A stretch of DNA of 64,000 nucleotides, from IMG/VR virus record IMGVR_UViG_3300028187_000002. One strand, 5' to 3'. Below, piece after piece: positions 11,001-20,379 of the stretch. The DNA comes from an uncultured virus (IMG/VR IMGVR_UViG_3300028187_000002). Lineage: Duplodnaviria; Heunggongvirae; Uroviricota; Caudoviricetes; Herelleviridae. The position numbers were made by a program, and so were the translations under genes. How positions within the stretch are numbered: the first letter of the stretch is position 1; each line of letters opens with the position of its first letter. Under the pieces are notes generated by a model, which made no database searches, had not been told where the DNA came from, and saw only the letters and a list, made by a program, of their open reading frames with translations.

Positions 11001-14000
11001 CTGACTTAGATACTAGAGCAACTAATCTTCAAACTAGTGTGAACGAGATGTCCGATGACAACCAGCTTACTCCTAGTGAGAAGTCTTTATTGAAAAAGGA
11101 CTGGGATTCTATCGTTATTGAGTACCCTACAATCTCTGCGCAAGCAGATGCATTTGGGGCTACTGCTGAAAAGACTAACTACACTAATGCTTATAATGCC
11201 CTTAAAGGTCTTATAGAGACTCCTTTAGCAGATGTCACTAAGACATCCCCTGTTAATGGTGCAGATATGAGAAACAAGTTTAAGGACTATTCAGACAGAA
11301 AATCTAAGCTATTAAGATATCTGTCTGATTCATCTAAGTCACAGATAGATGGAATCAGTATTGGTGGAGCCAATCTATTAGATGGCAGTGACTTTGAGGA
11401 TGTAGGCTTAACATACAGTGCAGTCAACTCTGCTACTATAACTTTAGAGACAGACCAGACTTACTGCTATAATGGTATAAAGAGGTTAAAGGTAGATACT
11501 AATACTGGTACGGTTGCTGACCGAGGTGTTGAAATTTCTCTACCTACAGAAATAGGCAAGGAATATACTGCAAGTGCTTTCATTCGTGCAGGAGCACCTA
11601 TGACGGGTATTAAGATGCGTGCTGCTAAACAAGACTATGGTTCTCTAAAGGATGTACTAGTGGATATCTCTGCTGGAGGTAGATGGGATAGATGTACTAT
11701 TACCTTTACTGCTGCTGAGACTAAAACTAGACTATTGTTCCTGAAGCCAGCAGTAGTGTTCTATCTAGATGCTATACAATTAGAAGAGGGTAACCGAGCA
11801 ACTACATGGAAACCTTCTACTAATGACATCAAGAAACAGATAGCAGATGCAGATAAAAAGGCACAAGCGGTACAGAACTCTGTTAATGATATGTCTGCGG
11901 ATAACAAGATAACTGCCCTAGAGAAACACCAAGCTAGTAAGGACTGGGAAGGGGTTAAGGTAGAGTACCCAGTAGTAGCTGCACAGGCAGATGCATTCGG
12001 TAAGACTACAGAGAAGACTGCCTACACAAATGCTTATAATGCACTGAAAAACTATATTGAACCAATTTTAGTTAAGCTAAATGAGACTTCAGATATAGAC
12101 GGTGCTAATTATAGAGGACTGTGGAAAAACTATTATGATACTAAGTCTAAGCTACAAAGAGCTGTATCTGATGGTTCTAAAGATGCTATAGATAATATAT
12201 CAGTTGGTGGCAGAAACTTACTCCTAAGTTCTCAGCAGGACTTCAACACTACAGATTATCTTATCAAGCAGTATACCTTATCTGAAAACTGGGTGACTGG
12301 TCAAGAGTACACGTTTATGATTAAGGGTACTGTTCCAGCAGGTCAGAAGTTTGGTATATGGATGAACGGTGGCTCTAATAACGTAGGTTATGCTACAACT
12401 GCCTATGCCAATGGAGTGACTTATGTTACATTCAAAGCCATAGCTACTACATCTGGTAATGAAAAAGTAATTAACTTGTATAACTTCCCAAGCAACACTA
12501 CAGCTTCCACAGTAGATTGGGTTGCATTATACAAAGGTAACAAGCCTATGGACTGGACTCCTGCACCTGAAGATGTACAAGAAAACATAGACAATATCAC
12601 AGTTGGTAGTCGTAACTACTTAGGCAATGGTGACTTTAGTACTGCTATAGCGGATGACCCTAACACTGCGTATTACGCTAAAGGAGATATACTAGACATT
12701 GTAGACATTACTAATGAGGCACCCCCTCATAAGAAAGCTCTACATGGTAAAAACACTGTTGCCAAGAACAATGGTCAGTCTCAGATACCTATCTTTATAG
12801 GTGGGTCTGCCAATGACCTGTTTGGTAAGGAAGTTACAGTTAGCCTCTGGATTAAGTATCAAAACGTAGTCAAAGGGGTAAACGTTTGGAATTCCTTACG
12901 TGCTGGAGAGTTATATGTCCAGTATAAGAAAGCAGATGGCACTTCTGTTGACCAGTATTATGCGGTAGTAAACCAAGTTGTAGGCACTAACATGACTTGG
13001 CAGAAGCTATCGGCTACCTTCAAGTTAAACTTTGCAGGGGCTACAGGTATCAACTTCATCCGCTTTAAGACTCTGTTAGAGGGTTGTGTAGGGGAATTCT
13101 GGGTTACTGGTCAGAAGGTAGAGATTGGTAACAAGGTTACCGACTGGACACCAATGCCAGAGGAAATAAGCAATGTTATCTCTACTGTTACAACTCGTGT
13201 AGGTACTGTTGAGGCTACTACTAAAAACCTAGGAGATTCCATCACTAATAAGGTTTGGTTGACTGACGTATACACTAAACAAGAGATACTGTCTAAGCTT
13301 GCTGAGGGTGAGATTTATGTTAAGGGTACAGGCTTCAACCACGGTGGTAACCGTGTCCTTAAAATAAATGGTGCTACTAAGTATGATTTAGCAGCAAATA
13401 GAGGTCTACGCCTAACGACCCTAAGCAGAGCAAACTTGGCTATCGTGGATGACATCAACTATGATACGTACAACAACCCTGCTCAACAGACTGCCCTTAA
13501 TGATAAGCTGAATTCCCTAGATAATTCTGTTCTAGTGGTTCTTTCATCTTGGGATGCAGTTAACATCTTGAAAGGTGCTCTGTTAGATACTATAGCTAAT
13601 TTTGGTGGCTCTGGTGGGGAGATAGTCTACCGTACACCTTATGTCCTTATCGGTCTAAAAGGTCTAGGTAAAGGCTCTGGTATCGAGGTAATGACTGGTC
13701 AGGACAAAGCCTCCTATCCAGTAGCAGAGGTGTATACTAAAGTATCATCTGGTGTACCACAAGGCTTTAATACTAGTGCTAAGGTACTGAATGATACTGT
13801 AACCAACATCACTACTCGTGTTGATACTGCTGAATCTGCTATCACCCAGCATGCTAAGGACATAGAGTTAAAGGTAAATGTTAATGGAGTTATAGCTGCT
13901 ATTAACCTCTCTCCTGAGATTGGTAAAGGGGTACTCATCAAAGGTGAGAACATCATGCTTGATGGTATTGTTAAAGCTAGACACCTTGCAGTGACGGACT

Positions 14001-15835
14001 TAGCTAACATCGTTGGAAACAGTGATTTGAAGGACGGTTTAAACGGATATGTAGGTGGTACACTAATTGCCAGAGCCAATGCAAATAGAGCTAATGAGGT
14101 ACCAACCAACTATGTTATAGAACACAATGCTAGAGACCTTTATTACGGTGACGTGTTCCCTATCAACAAAGAGGAAGTATTCTCTTGCTCTATGATGGCT
14201 AAGCAGATTGCAGGCACTGCCCTAGCAAGTATAGGTCTTGCCTTCTATGCAATAAACTCTGCTGGCACTACTACCCAGACCAACTGGATTAAGGGCACTA
14301 CCTTCCCTAATGATACTGATATACCCAACACTCCTTGGAAGACTCAACAGGGTCTAGTGACTGCCCCTAGCTGGGCAACTCATGCTAGAGTGTGGGTACA
14401 AATTGACCAACCATCAGGAACTACCACTACTAAATGGCAGTTCACTCTACCTACAGTTAGACGTACTGGTTTACTGACATTCGACCAAGCAAAAGGAGGT
14501 ACTCTTGAGCTAGGTGAGGGTGGACGTGGTGTACTTCGTGTATATGCGACTGTCAATGGTAACCAAGATACCGTAGGTCAGATTGATGAGAACGGGGCTA
14601 GCTTCACTAGAGTTAGAACCAACATTCTAGACGTATCTGGTACTCTTACTGCTCCTAACATGGTTTCTAGTAACAAAGGATGGATGGAAGTATTCGTAGA
14701 CCCAGCCAACAATGGTAACTATACTCCTGATGGCACCCAAGCTAAACCTTACAAGACTATGAGGGAAGCCTTAAATAACATACCTAAATATCTTGAAGGG
14801 GATGTAGAAATCAAGCTACAAAGTGATGTGTATGAGATGTGGGTAGACATCAAAGGCTTTGTAGGTGGTGGCGGTGTTGGAGGTTCTAATGGTATCTTCA
14901 TTAGGTCAGGTACGAATGGTAGAAAAACCATCTGGGGCGGTATCCGAGTGTGGTACTGTAGCTGTCAGGTGTATATGCAGGACATCAACGTTAGTAATAG
15001 TAGGGATCAGTCTAATGGGGTTTTAGAAGCTTATGGATGCACTAGGGTTTCCGCATGGAACTGCAACTTCACAGGTAATAATAAAGCTAAAGCTTGTATA
15101 TACAGTGAGAGCAGTGATGTGATTGTGAATGGTTGTGAAATGTATGATGCTTGGGATATGGTGAGAACTTACCGAGGATATGTTCAAGTAATAGACTGTC
15201 GTGGTGGTAACTGTTACTGTGTACTTTCTAGTACTGCTGGAACTATACAAGGTGGGGGAACTAGACCTGGATTCTATGCTGGGGGTATAGAACGATATAC
15301 TGATCAAGGAGGATGGGTGAGCGGTAGCTGGACAGAGAATACTGGTTCTTGGGTTAAACCTACTCCTCCTGTTACTATACAAGAGGCTTACATTGATTCT
15401 GTTGGCTCTAAATCATGGCGTGAAAACTATGGTGGTCAATGGTATCGTGATGAGGTTCTACAAGGTACATGGGATGGATGGGGTAACTACAGAGGTCTAT
15501 GGTTCTTTGGTAATAAGTTGGACTTCCTTAAAGGCAAAACTATCCTTGATATGCAAATCAGCATAGGACGTACTAACGGTGGTGGTTACAGCTCTGCACA
15601 ACAAGTTAGTATCCGTAACCACAATGAAGCTAGTCAGCCATCAGGTATGCCATACCTAGGCAGTCCTGTTACAGGTAACTACTTTGCATGGGGAGAGCGT
15701 AAGTGGATTAATGTTAAGGCACTTGCAGGTAACTTCTCTTCAGGTAACGCTAGAGGTTTCGGTATATATGCAGACGCTGCCTCTCCTTATATGATATTCG
15801 ATGGCTGGGCACAGGTTTGGGTTAAGTATCAATAA
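5018..15835 (+). CDS. Giant modular tail fibre / adsorption protein (3605 aa)
   Basis: Three N-terminal helical repeats, an F5/8-like domain, at least seven 'GGxN...W.PAPED' carbohydrate-binding-like modules, three 'MS.DN..T..EK' spacers, an ILEI-like domain and a C-terminal beta-helix-like region; lies between baseplate and lysis genes. Confidence 0.85.
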   Translation: MASMKVRLGGKWVTVAGGGVSQEDLQHVVNEANDYANRLKEQIDDDIKAMGDTIEGLETNIEGAFSDGIITKTEARRIQSYINTLDTNKARFDKEYKSLIENEFMNANDKQGLISAKASHDEKFDLLIKAINDAIADGKATVEEARHVNDSFANYNNAAAVLTSAIYEAIDDIATNKTGVALEEAKTFASQAAEGVKTILNAEVDGVKKSVTDLDTEIKGAFRDGIIQENELSSIKTYLNTLDTSKQGLDKRYDSTYNNVDLPAQNKTNLVTVKIDYDRSYNDLIKTINDAILDQLGTPEEQELINTKFKDYNQKLALLTTQLELAIEAISKTKSTRAEKNAKDYSDQIKGEMADEIKGVEDATTALKTEVHTTFKDGIIDASEAQKIKSYINLLDNNKKALIERYNELVNNGFISPLAKTTLISKKTLFDTKYGLLISEINNAIADGQTTVGESQAVDTAFNTYNDSVKEFTNAMEKAADSIAQGKANAAEFNAGQYADEASNRLDVIKVRYIKNTLTGNSVNAYKHWTEIKAVSKGVNVATTGTVTGSTGVTNLGVVNNDKVDDQFAEDRTTGESWVQIDLGTVKEDIDYIQLWHFYSDARTYNGNKLEVSADGQKWYTMFSSDKSGTYKESADGFIIPVNAGRIYNHTIQRISTTETQITNINGVLQSVVKNTEFEQGIKESKEHADAVAQAVRNELSNFSNLITTRIDGIEDQVDGNITTWFLTGAPTLTNAPAVDWNTDSLKDTHLGDLYYDSATGYCYRFLKNGLIYAWAKITDSDVTEAIQKAAKAQDTADGKRRVFVVQPIPPYDVGDLWAQGSAGDLMRCSVAKTEGALYNAGDWSKASKYVDQKAVDDTLNPFVTRLETAESSVTQNAREISERVKIDTYTQEITNINTNIGNIDSAQKGTADKLDKLAIGGRNLLKNSGNFVTIENWTSANTATATVMLDKDDLKISKVGLTSNVHIINPSLQRIIDWDVNKDYVVTIRAKGSVSFDLSLGLHNSGATITALPMTSVGTVTTGFKEFSLVFKPKVNGIVDFRIGTTAMPNGSSLWIDWVKVEEGNKATAWSPAPEDLTDYADVAVGKILDSSFEKGLRFWSAYNATIDVGAPLQSSVVYGTSSDSLTGRTAMSISNAEGWIFSANAIPVDTSRVYRVRFRIKKTKDVTSGGTNIYAGVATYDKNGNLQTTAPGNHRYCAVAGKPLKVADGWQLYEGYITGEGNATHNQFRPGTAYVKPMFVVDYQAGVGGTNVIDLVDFEDVTAQIKAQDYSTTKIGEAKLAQEEYARAQAEAAKIVANAYADGIVDAEEQRAIDDANAKLAQAKAHAEQKAKEAQDAAQGYVDGIEIGGTNTIKNAGFKDGLNYWNVHTGVSIDPAREFEGYPTVVSNQTGLTDNQWRGINTIPQRYPAKAGDKFVASIYTYTENRAGVDQDAVMEVGFYDINNARIAGYPLVSVLPKANNSWERFTLNAVAPANTVYVSVYPYVRRNGKVWFAKPQLERGTKATAWGLAPEDIVEAVGKIKVGGKNLLVGSESLTILSNNVAVYPISVTKMTEGAVSFNRVKNTKAGTDVNTISVYNAIPFNVISDNLAGKQVTFSHQVRASKAVEGSIMHELYGGSTLKLPASNAKFAVTTDWQTVSVTVDMPSNLSTYTGVRFLLSSFSNMVDQYVDYRTIKIEFGNRATDWTPAPEDVNKLISDVDTKAENVTGRVDEMSADNKLTSLEKQDAKKDWDIIAGEYNNFYTQADAFKVTTEKATYKTRYDELNAYLTPLFAKMNETSDIVRADYRLKFKNYFEAKSALAKAISDASKAQIDNIVIGGRNYYKQKSFTASGGTSVTFDPIEGAWVITIPKNTNSSWRGIMYNAKNAILRAGRTYTGSYEIYADVVIPTNVDINNFGVTTTTGTNDNDDVAKRVMNYTPTVPGKWVKVSYTLTIPSNATQDFYDSSVIGINGAANAWTPTVDTVIKIKNMKFEEGTRPTDWTPAPEDIDQLLADLDTRATNLQTSVNEMSDDNQLTPSEKSLLKKDWDSIVIEYPTISAQADAFGATAEKTNYTNAYNALKGLIETPLADVTKTSPVNGADMRNKFKDYSDRKSKLLRYLSDSSKSQIDGISIGGANLLDGSDFEDVGLTYSAVNSATITLETDQTYCYNGIKRLKVDTNTGTVADRGVEISLPTEIGKEYTASAFIRAGAPMTGIKMRAAKQDYGSLKDVLVDISAGGRWDRCTITFTAAETKTRLLFLKPAVVFYLDAIQLEEGNRATTWKPSTNDIKKQIADADKKAQAVQNSVNDMSADNKITALEKHQASKDWEGVKVEYPVVAAQADAFGKTTEKTAYTNAYNALKNYIEPILVKLNETSDIDGANYRGLWKNYYDTKSKLQRAVSDGSKDAIDNISVGGRNLLLSSQQDFNTTDYLIKQYTLSENWVTGQEYTFMIKGTVPAGQKFGIWMNGGSNNVGYATTAYANGVTYVTFKAIATTSGNEKVINLYNFPSNTTASTVDWVALYKGNKPMDWTPAPEDVQENIDNITVGSRNYLGNGDFSTAIADDPNTAYYAKGDILDIVDITNEAPPHKKALHGKNTVAKNNGQSQIPIFIGGSANDLFGKEVTVSLWIKYQNVVKGVNVWNSLRAGELYVQYKKADGTSVDQYYAVVNQVVGTNMTWQKLSATFKLNFAGATGINFIRFKTLLEGCVGEFWVTGQKVEIGNKVTDWTPMPEEISNVISTVTTRVGTVEATTKNLGDSITNKVWLTDVYTKQEILSKLAEGEIYVKGTGFNHGGNRVLKINGATKYDLAANRGLRLTTLSRANLAIVDDINYDTYNNPAQQTALNDKLNSLDNSVLVVLSSWDAVNILKGALLDTIANFGGSGGEIVYRTPYVLIGLKGLGKGSGIEVMTGQDKASYPVAEVYTKVSSGVPQGFNTSAKVLNDTVTNITTRVDTAESAITQHAKDIELKVNVNGVIAAINLSPEIGKGVLIKGENIMLDGIVKARHLAVTDLANIVGNSDLKDGLNGYVGGTLIARANANRANEVPTNYVIEHNARDLYYGDVFPINKEEVFSCSMMAKQIAGTALASIGLAFYAINSAGTTTQTNWIKGTTFPNDTDIPNTPWKTQQGLVTAPSWATHARVWVQIDQPSGTTTTKWQFTLPTVRRTGLLTFDQAKGGTLELGEGGRGVLRVYATVNGNQDTVGQIDENGASFTRVRTNILDVSGTLTAPNMVSSNKGWMEVFVDPANNGNYTPDGTQAKPYKTMREALNNIPKYLEGDVEIKLQSDVYEMWVDIKGFVGGGGVGGSNGIFIRSGTNGRKTIWGGIRVWYCSCQVYMQDINVSNSRDQSNGVLEAYGCTRVSAWNCNFTGNNKAKACIYSESSDVIVNGCEMYDAWDMVRTYRGYVQVIDCRGGNCYCVLSSTAGTIQGGGTRPGFYAGGIERYTDQGGWVSGSWTENTGSWVKPTPPVTIQEAYIDSVGSKSWRENYGGQWYRDEVLQGTWDGWGNYRGLWFFGNKLDFLKGKTILDMQISIGRTNGGGYSSAQQVSIRNHNEASQPSGMPYLGSPVTGNYFAWGERKWINVKALAGNFSSGNARGFGIYADAASPYMIFDGWAQVWVKYQ

Positions 15836-15890
15836 GTTGATTTTTATAATGGAGGGGTTAATACAACCCTCCATCTACATATAGGAAGGA

Positions 15891-16352
15891 GTGGTGACAG
15901 TGAAAGTACTAATTTACACTATAGTTAATGGTGAAGCAGTTAAAGGTATGAGGTTAGAGGGTCTTCAAAACATTAGAGTATCTGATGATGAAAAGAACAT
16001 CTACCACTCTACAGGAACGGTCGAAGGTATTAGCGGTAGCTTACTTATTCTTCCAGACGATGTAGACTTTGACTCCTCTTTCTTAGACTTGAAGCGTAGA
16101 GCTTATTCTATATCTCTGTTTAAGGGAGACAATCCTATGGATAGTTTCAAGCAGATGATAGATATGGTTCAGATGATGAGTGGCTTCCAATCACAACAGA
16201 CTATGGAAATAGACGCTAAAACAGAAGTTCTGCAAGGTGTCTGTGACTATGTTATCTCTGCTGTAGAGGGGATGCAAGCTCAGATAGAGGAACAAGCTAA
16301 ACGTATTAATGAGTTAGAGAAGAAACAACCTATCCAACCTATTACGAAATAA
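15891..16352 (+). CDS. Hypothetical protein (possible tail-fibre chaperone)
   Basis: RBS AGGAAGGAG; directly after the fibre gene; C-terminal coiled coil. Confidence 0.5.
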   Translation: MVTVKVLIYTIVNGEAVKGMRLEGLQNIRVSDDEKNIYHSTGTVEGISGSLLILPDDVDFDSSFLDLKRRAYSISLFKGDNPMDSFKQMIDMVQMMSGFQSQQTMEIDAKTEVLQGVCDYVISAVEGMQAQIEEQAKRINELEKKQPIQPITK

Positions 16353-16366
16353 AAGGGGTGTAAGCA

Positions 16367-16645
16367 ATGGCTGAATTAACTAATGGAACAGGTAGTTCTA
16401 CTAATGGTATCGGAGGAAAGCTAGTTGGCGATGAATGGTATCCTTACTATGAGCCAGGCTGGACTGCTAAAGACCAAGCATGGTGTTGTGGCTTAGTAAA
16501 CCGCTACAAGGTGCCTATCACAGTTATAACTCCATTATATCGTTACCTTATTGAACAAGGTAAGTGTAACACTTTTGAAGTTGAGTACCAACGCTATAAA
16601 GAGTTCCTAGCAGAACATGGCATCGACCCAATGAATCCTAGATAA
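16367..16645 (+). CDS. Hypothetical protein
   Basis: RBS AAGGGGTG; 92-aa ORF in the tail operon. Confidence 0.6.
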   Translation: MAELTNGTGSSTNGIGGKLVGDEWYPYYEPGWTAKDQAWCCGLVNRYKVPITVITPLYRYLIEQGKCNTFEVEYQRYKEFLAEHGIDPMNPR

Positions 16646-16773
16646 CTCTTACAAAACAGACGGACACCTCTACATAGGGGTGTCCTTTGTTTTTTACAAT
16701 TTTATTAGTGTACACTTTCTATGGAGGGGTAAATATGTATCTTGACTATCAAGTTAGGAGAAAGGAGGGCACA

Positions 16774-17223
16774 ATGGGACACTATGTAATGAAAGCATTC
16801 GAGGGTTTCGAATGGAAAATCCTAGCGAGCGTTTTTGGAACGGTTGTTGCATATATAGAGGGATTCTATACGGAGTTAATCTGGTCATTCTTAGCACTTT
16901 TTACACTAGACCTTATTACTGGCATAATGAAATCTAAACGGAATGGTATCCCTATTAGTAGTAAAAGGCTAAGAGACTCGGTTAGTAAGCTAGGAGCTTA
17001 CATTATTCTCATTACAGCCCTAATTATAGCTAGTAAGATGGAAACACAGTTCGTTCCAGTAGTGACACTAGCATACTACTATTTTATTTTTACTGAGTTT
17101 AAGTCTATTATTGAAAATGTAGAAGAAATGGGTCTTAAAGTACCTGGCTTTTTAAAGTCTAAGGTAGATGAGCAGATACCACAAGACTCTACAGAGGAAG
17201 AAAAAGAAAGGGGAGATAAATAA
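16774..17223 (+). CDS. Phage holin (holin_4 type)
   Basis: Three hydrophobic segments, 'DLITGIMKS....ISS..LR', 'E.KSI.EN..EMG..VP'; RBS AAGGAGG before ATG 16774; abuts the endolysin. Confidence 0.85.
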   Translation: MGHYVMKAFEGFEWKILASVFGTVVAYIEGFYTELIWSFLALFTLDLITGIMKSKRNGIPISSKRLRDSVSKLGAYIILITALIIASKMETQFVPVVTLAYYYFIFTEFKSIIENVEEMGLKVPGFLKSKVDEQIPQDSTEEEKERGDK

Positions 17224-18263
17224 TGGTAGCATGGAGAGACGACTTTATTCGTATCAATCAATATTCTAGACCAGGTACTAAGCTGACAGCTGTACGTAAG
17301 ATTATCTTACATTACACTGCTAACCCAGGAGCTAGTGCTGCTAACCATCAACGCTATTTTAATAATCTCACTGATCGTTATGCATCAGCTAGCTTATTTG
17401 TAGACAAAATTGAAGCAATCTGCATTATTCCACTAGATGAAGTAACTTATCAAGCTAATGACGGGTCATACAGAGGAGTAGAGGCATTAAAGCCTAATGC
17501 TAACTTCTTATCAGTTGGTGTGGAAATGTGCCAAGAGCCTGATGGTAGCTTCCACCCTGACACAGTTACACGTGCAGTAAATGTTTGTGCAGACCTGTGC
17601 CGTAAGTTCGGTTTATCTGCTTCTGACATTGTACGACACTATGATGTAACTCATAAGTACTGTCCTGGTCCATATGTAGATAATCCTGCATTATTTACTG
17701 CTTTCAAGAATCGTGTATCTGATGTATTAGGTGGCGGTTCTGGTGGGGGTACTGGTGGAAACACTGGTGGCGGTACAACTACACCTCCTACTGGCGGTGG
17801 AAGTAACGGTATCGGTACAGCTTATATCACAGGCACTAACGTAAACTTACGTAGTGGTCCAGGTACTGACTATTCTGTACTACGTCAGTTAAATGCTGGC
17901 GAAAGCTATATCGTTTGGGCAGAGGTTAATGGATGGCTAAACTTAGGTGGAGACCAATGGGTTAAGAACGATTCTTCATTCTTACGTTTCGAGCGTACTA
18001 GTGGAGGTTCTACAGGTGGTTCTACTGGAGGTTCTGGTTCTACTAACGCTGGCAAACGAGTAGTATCAAAAGTGGATGGCTTAAACTTCTACAGCCGACC
18101 TACATGGGATAAAACTTATGTTGTTGGTCAATGTAATGCAGGTGAGGGCTTCACTATTGTTACTAAGGTGCCAGTAGATGACGCTTATCAGTACAAAGTG
18201 CAGAACTCCAAAGGTGCGACTTACTATATCACTGCTAGCTCCACTTATGTGGAAGTTAGATAG
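17223..18263 (+). CDS. Endolysin: N-acetylmuramoyl-L-alanine amidase (Amidase_2) with SH3b-type cell-wall-binding domains
   Basis: 'IILHYTAN', 'SVGVEMC', 'RHYDVTHKYCP' zinc-amidase motifs; Gly/Thr linkers; 'VNLRSGPGTDY' SH3b; second C-terminal binding domain resembling B. cereus-group lysins. Confidence 0.92.
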   Translation: MVAWRDDFIRINQYSRPGTKLTAVRKIILHYTANPGASAANHQRYFNNLTDRYASASLFVDKIEAICIIPLDEVTYQANDGSYRGVEALKPNANFLSVGVEMCQEPDGSFHPDTVTRAVNVCADLCRKFGLSASDIVRHYDVTHKYCPGPYVDNPALFTAFKNRVSDVLGGGSGGGTGGNTGGGTTTPPTGGGSNGIGTAYITGTNVNLRSGPGTDYSVLRQLNAGESYIVWAEVNGWLNLGGDQWVKNDSSFLRFERTSGGSTGGSTGGSGSTNAGKRVVSKVDGLNFYSRPTWDKTYVVGQCNAGEGFTIVTKVPVDDAYQYKVQNSKGATYYITASSTYVEVR

Positions 18264-18275
18264 GAGGGCTTTTAA

Positions 18276-18632
18276 ATGAACTTGTTAGACTTAGTAACTC
18301 AAATTGGTGCTGAGGTAGTCACTATACTAGTGGGTGCCTTACTAGCACTAGTATTAGATCAAGGTAGACGTCTATTGAAACGTGCTAAGCAGAAGGATGA
18401 GCTTGGTATCATCGACTCTATCACAAACCAAGTGGTTGAATATGCAGAAGCAGAGCTAAAAGGTAAGAAGGGTATTGAGAAACGTGATTGGGCGGTTGAC
18501 CAAGCCTTACACATTTTAGCAACTAAAGGCATACACTTGAGTCAGGAAGAAGTTATTGCAGGGATTGAAAATGGTGTACGGAAGTTGAAGGACAAAGATG
18601 ACCTCTCAATTGACGGTTTAAGCCACAAATAA
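18276..18632 (+). CDS. Holin, LL-H family
   Basis: N-terminal TM helix then 'V.YAE....G..G.EK...A' and 'IE..V' pattern; follows the endolysin. Confidence 0.75.
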   Translation: MNLLDLVTQIGAEVVTILVGALLALVLDQGRRLLKRAKQKDELGIIDSITNQVVEYAEAELKGKKGIEKRDWAVDQALHILATKGIHLSQEEVIAGIENGVRKLKDKDDLSIDGLSHK

Positions 18633-18638
18633 TCTAGC

Positions 18639-18673
18639 AAAAAACCCTTGAATTAGACGATTCAAGGGTTTTT
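18639..18673 (+). terminator. Intrinsic terminator ending the structural/lysis operon
   Basis: AAAAACCCTTGAAT-tagacg-ATTCAAGGGTTTTT inverted repeat with A/T tails. Confidence 0.85.
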
Positions 18674-18851
18674 CTATGTCCGAAATTTGGAGGAAATTCA
18701 CCTAGAACATTACTAGCAACCTATTCTTCCCAATGTCACCGCTATGGCTCTATATGAAAAACCTCTGAGGAAAAAAGAAATGAGGAAAGAAGGTGAAAAG
18801 TCTATTCGGGGTGGTTATTTTAAATAGGAAATAATTTTGGAGGTGTTACAT

Positions 18852-20318
18852 ATGGCGACTATCGAAATAGGTAATTTACAATCGGTTGTCATTGATGCAA
18901 GTACAAAAGCTCTAAAGTTGGTGGATAGTACACTCTCGGTAGAAACACCAGGCTACCAGTTCACTCCATTGTATAGAAATGGGACATGGGATGGACAGAC
19001 AAGGTTCTTCAGCATGAAGACTAAGAAATTTCCTAGCGGTTTATTATCCAAAGTTGTGTGGGCGTTGGAAAAAGCAGGTGAAACGGTAGACGTAGTTGAC
19101 AAACGAAAACAGATAGACGTTTCTCTACCAAGTGAAATCCAGTTAAGAGATGAGAAGATTGGTCACATTACTTTACGTGATTACCAGTATGATGCTGTAC
19201 AATCTGCACTCAAAGCTACTAGAGGGATAGTGAACATTGCAACTAACGGTGGTAAGACAGAGGTAGCAGCAGGCATCATCAAGTGTATTCTACCTAGTTT
19301 AAAGTCAGACCAACGCATACTATTCTTCACTCACGCTAAAGAGATATTCTCACAATCTCATAAAAGGTTGGAAGAGAGATTAGGAATCAAGGTTGGTAGA
19401 ATTGGTACTGGTGTATGGGATGTTCAGCAGGTCAATATTGTGATGATACCAACTGTATCAAAGTATCTGAATCCTAAAAAGATTCCTAAGAATATGAACA
19501 AGGAGAAGTATCTAGATACATGTAAAGCAACTGCTGAACTACTTAAATCTTGTCACTGTTTCCTAGGGGATGAGGCACATCACTCATCATCTGATACATG
19601 GTATAAGCTGTTCATGAAACTGGATAATGCATACTTCAGATTTGGTTTAACTGGTACTGTGGATGAGTCTAACCAGATTAATGTTAAGAGACTGCTTGGA
19701 TGTACTGGAAGGATTGTCATCAAGATATCTAATGATTTCTTAATCCAACAAGGGTTCTCTGCTAAACCAACAATTTACATGTTGCCAGTAGATACTGATG
19801 TGATTGAGAATGAAACGTACTCTGATTCTCGTAAGATGGGTATCATCTCTAATGTAGACAGAAACACGGTGTTAGCTGATAAGGTCAGTGAGAGGGTGGA
19901 TTTCGGGAAACAGTGTTTAATTATAGTGAACGAAACCGAACATGGAGACATTGTATCTGAACTACTGGAGGAGTATGAAATAGACCACAGATTTGTACAT
20001 GGAGACAGAACTACTAAGTTTAGAGAGGAAGCCTTACAAGACTTCACTGAAGGTAGATTCCCAGTTATGGTAGCTACATCTATACTGGATGAGGGAGTTG
20101 ATATTTCTGGTATCAACTGTTTATTCTTAGCTGCTGGTGGGAAGTCCATGAGACAACTGTTACAAAGAATAGGTAGAGGTCTAAGAAAGAAAGCTGATGG
20201 TTCAGGTATTGAGGTTTATGACTTCTTGGATTACCACAATGAATACTTAGCTGAACACACTTTAGACCGCTATGAGACATACAAAAATGAAGCGTTCCAT
20301 ATAGTGAAACTGGGCTGA
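18852..20318 (+). CDS. SF2 DNA helicase (UvsW-like)
   Basis: 'LRDYQ' Q-motif, 'ATNGGKT', 'DEAHH', 'GLTGT', 'QRIGRGLR'; RBS GGAGGTG. Confidence 0.9.
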   Translation: MATIEIGNLQSVVIDASTKALKLVDSTLSVETPGYQFTPLYRNGTWDGQTRFFSMKTKKFPSGLLSKVVWALEKAGETVDVVDKRKQIDVSLPSEIQLRDEKIGHITLRDYQYDAVQSALKATRGIVNIATNGGKTEVAAGIIKCILPSLKSDQRILFFTHAKEIFSQSHKRLEERLGIKVGRIGTGVWDVQQVNIVMIPTVSKYLNPKKIPKNMNKEKYLDTCKATAELLKSCHCFLGDEAHHSSSDTWYKLFMKLDNAYFRFGLTGTVDESNQINVKRLLGCTGRIVIKISNDFLIQQGFSAKPTIYMLPVDTDVIENETYSDSRKMGIISNVDRNTVLADKVSERVDFGKQCLIIVNETEHGDIVSELLEEYEIDHRFVHGDRTTKFREEALQDFTEGRFPVMVATSILDEGVDISGINCLFLAAGGKSMRQLLQRIGRGLRKKADGSGIEVYDFLDYHNEYLAEHTLDRYETYKNEAFHIVKLG

Positions 20319-20379
20319 GAAGTCCAGTTTTCTGTATGAAAAGGACACTGCTCGTAGGGGTGTTCCATGGATGTGAGTT

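Noticed and set aside
17730..18045. GGT/GGC-rich short repeats in the endolysin
   Set aside because: They encode Gly/Thr/Ser linkers; not CRISPR or a DNA-level element.
18707..18716. ACATTACTAG shared with 42947-42956
   Set aside because: A single 10-mer match between AT-rich intergenic regions is within chance expectation.
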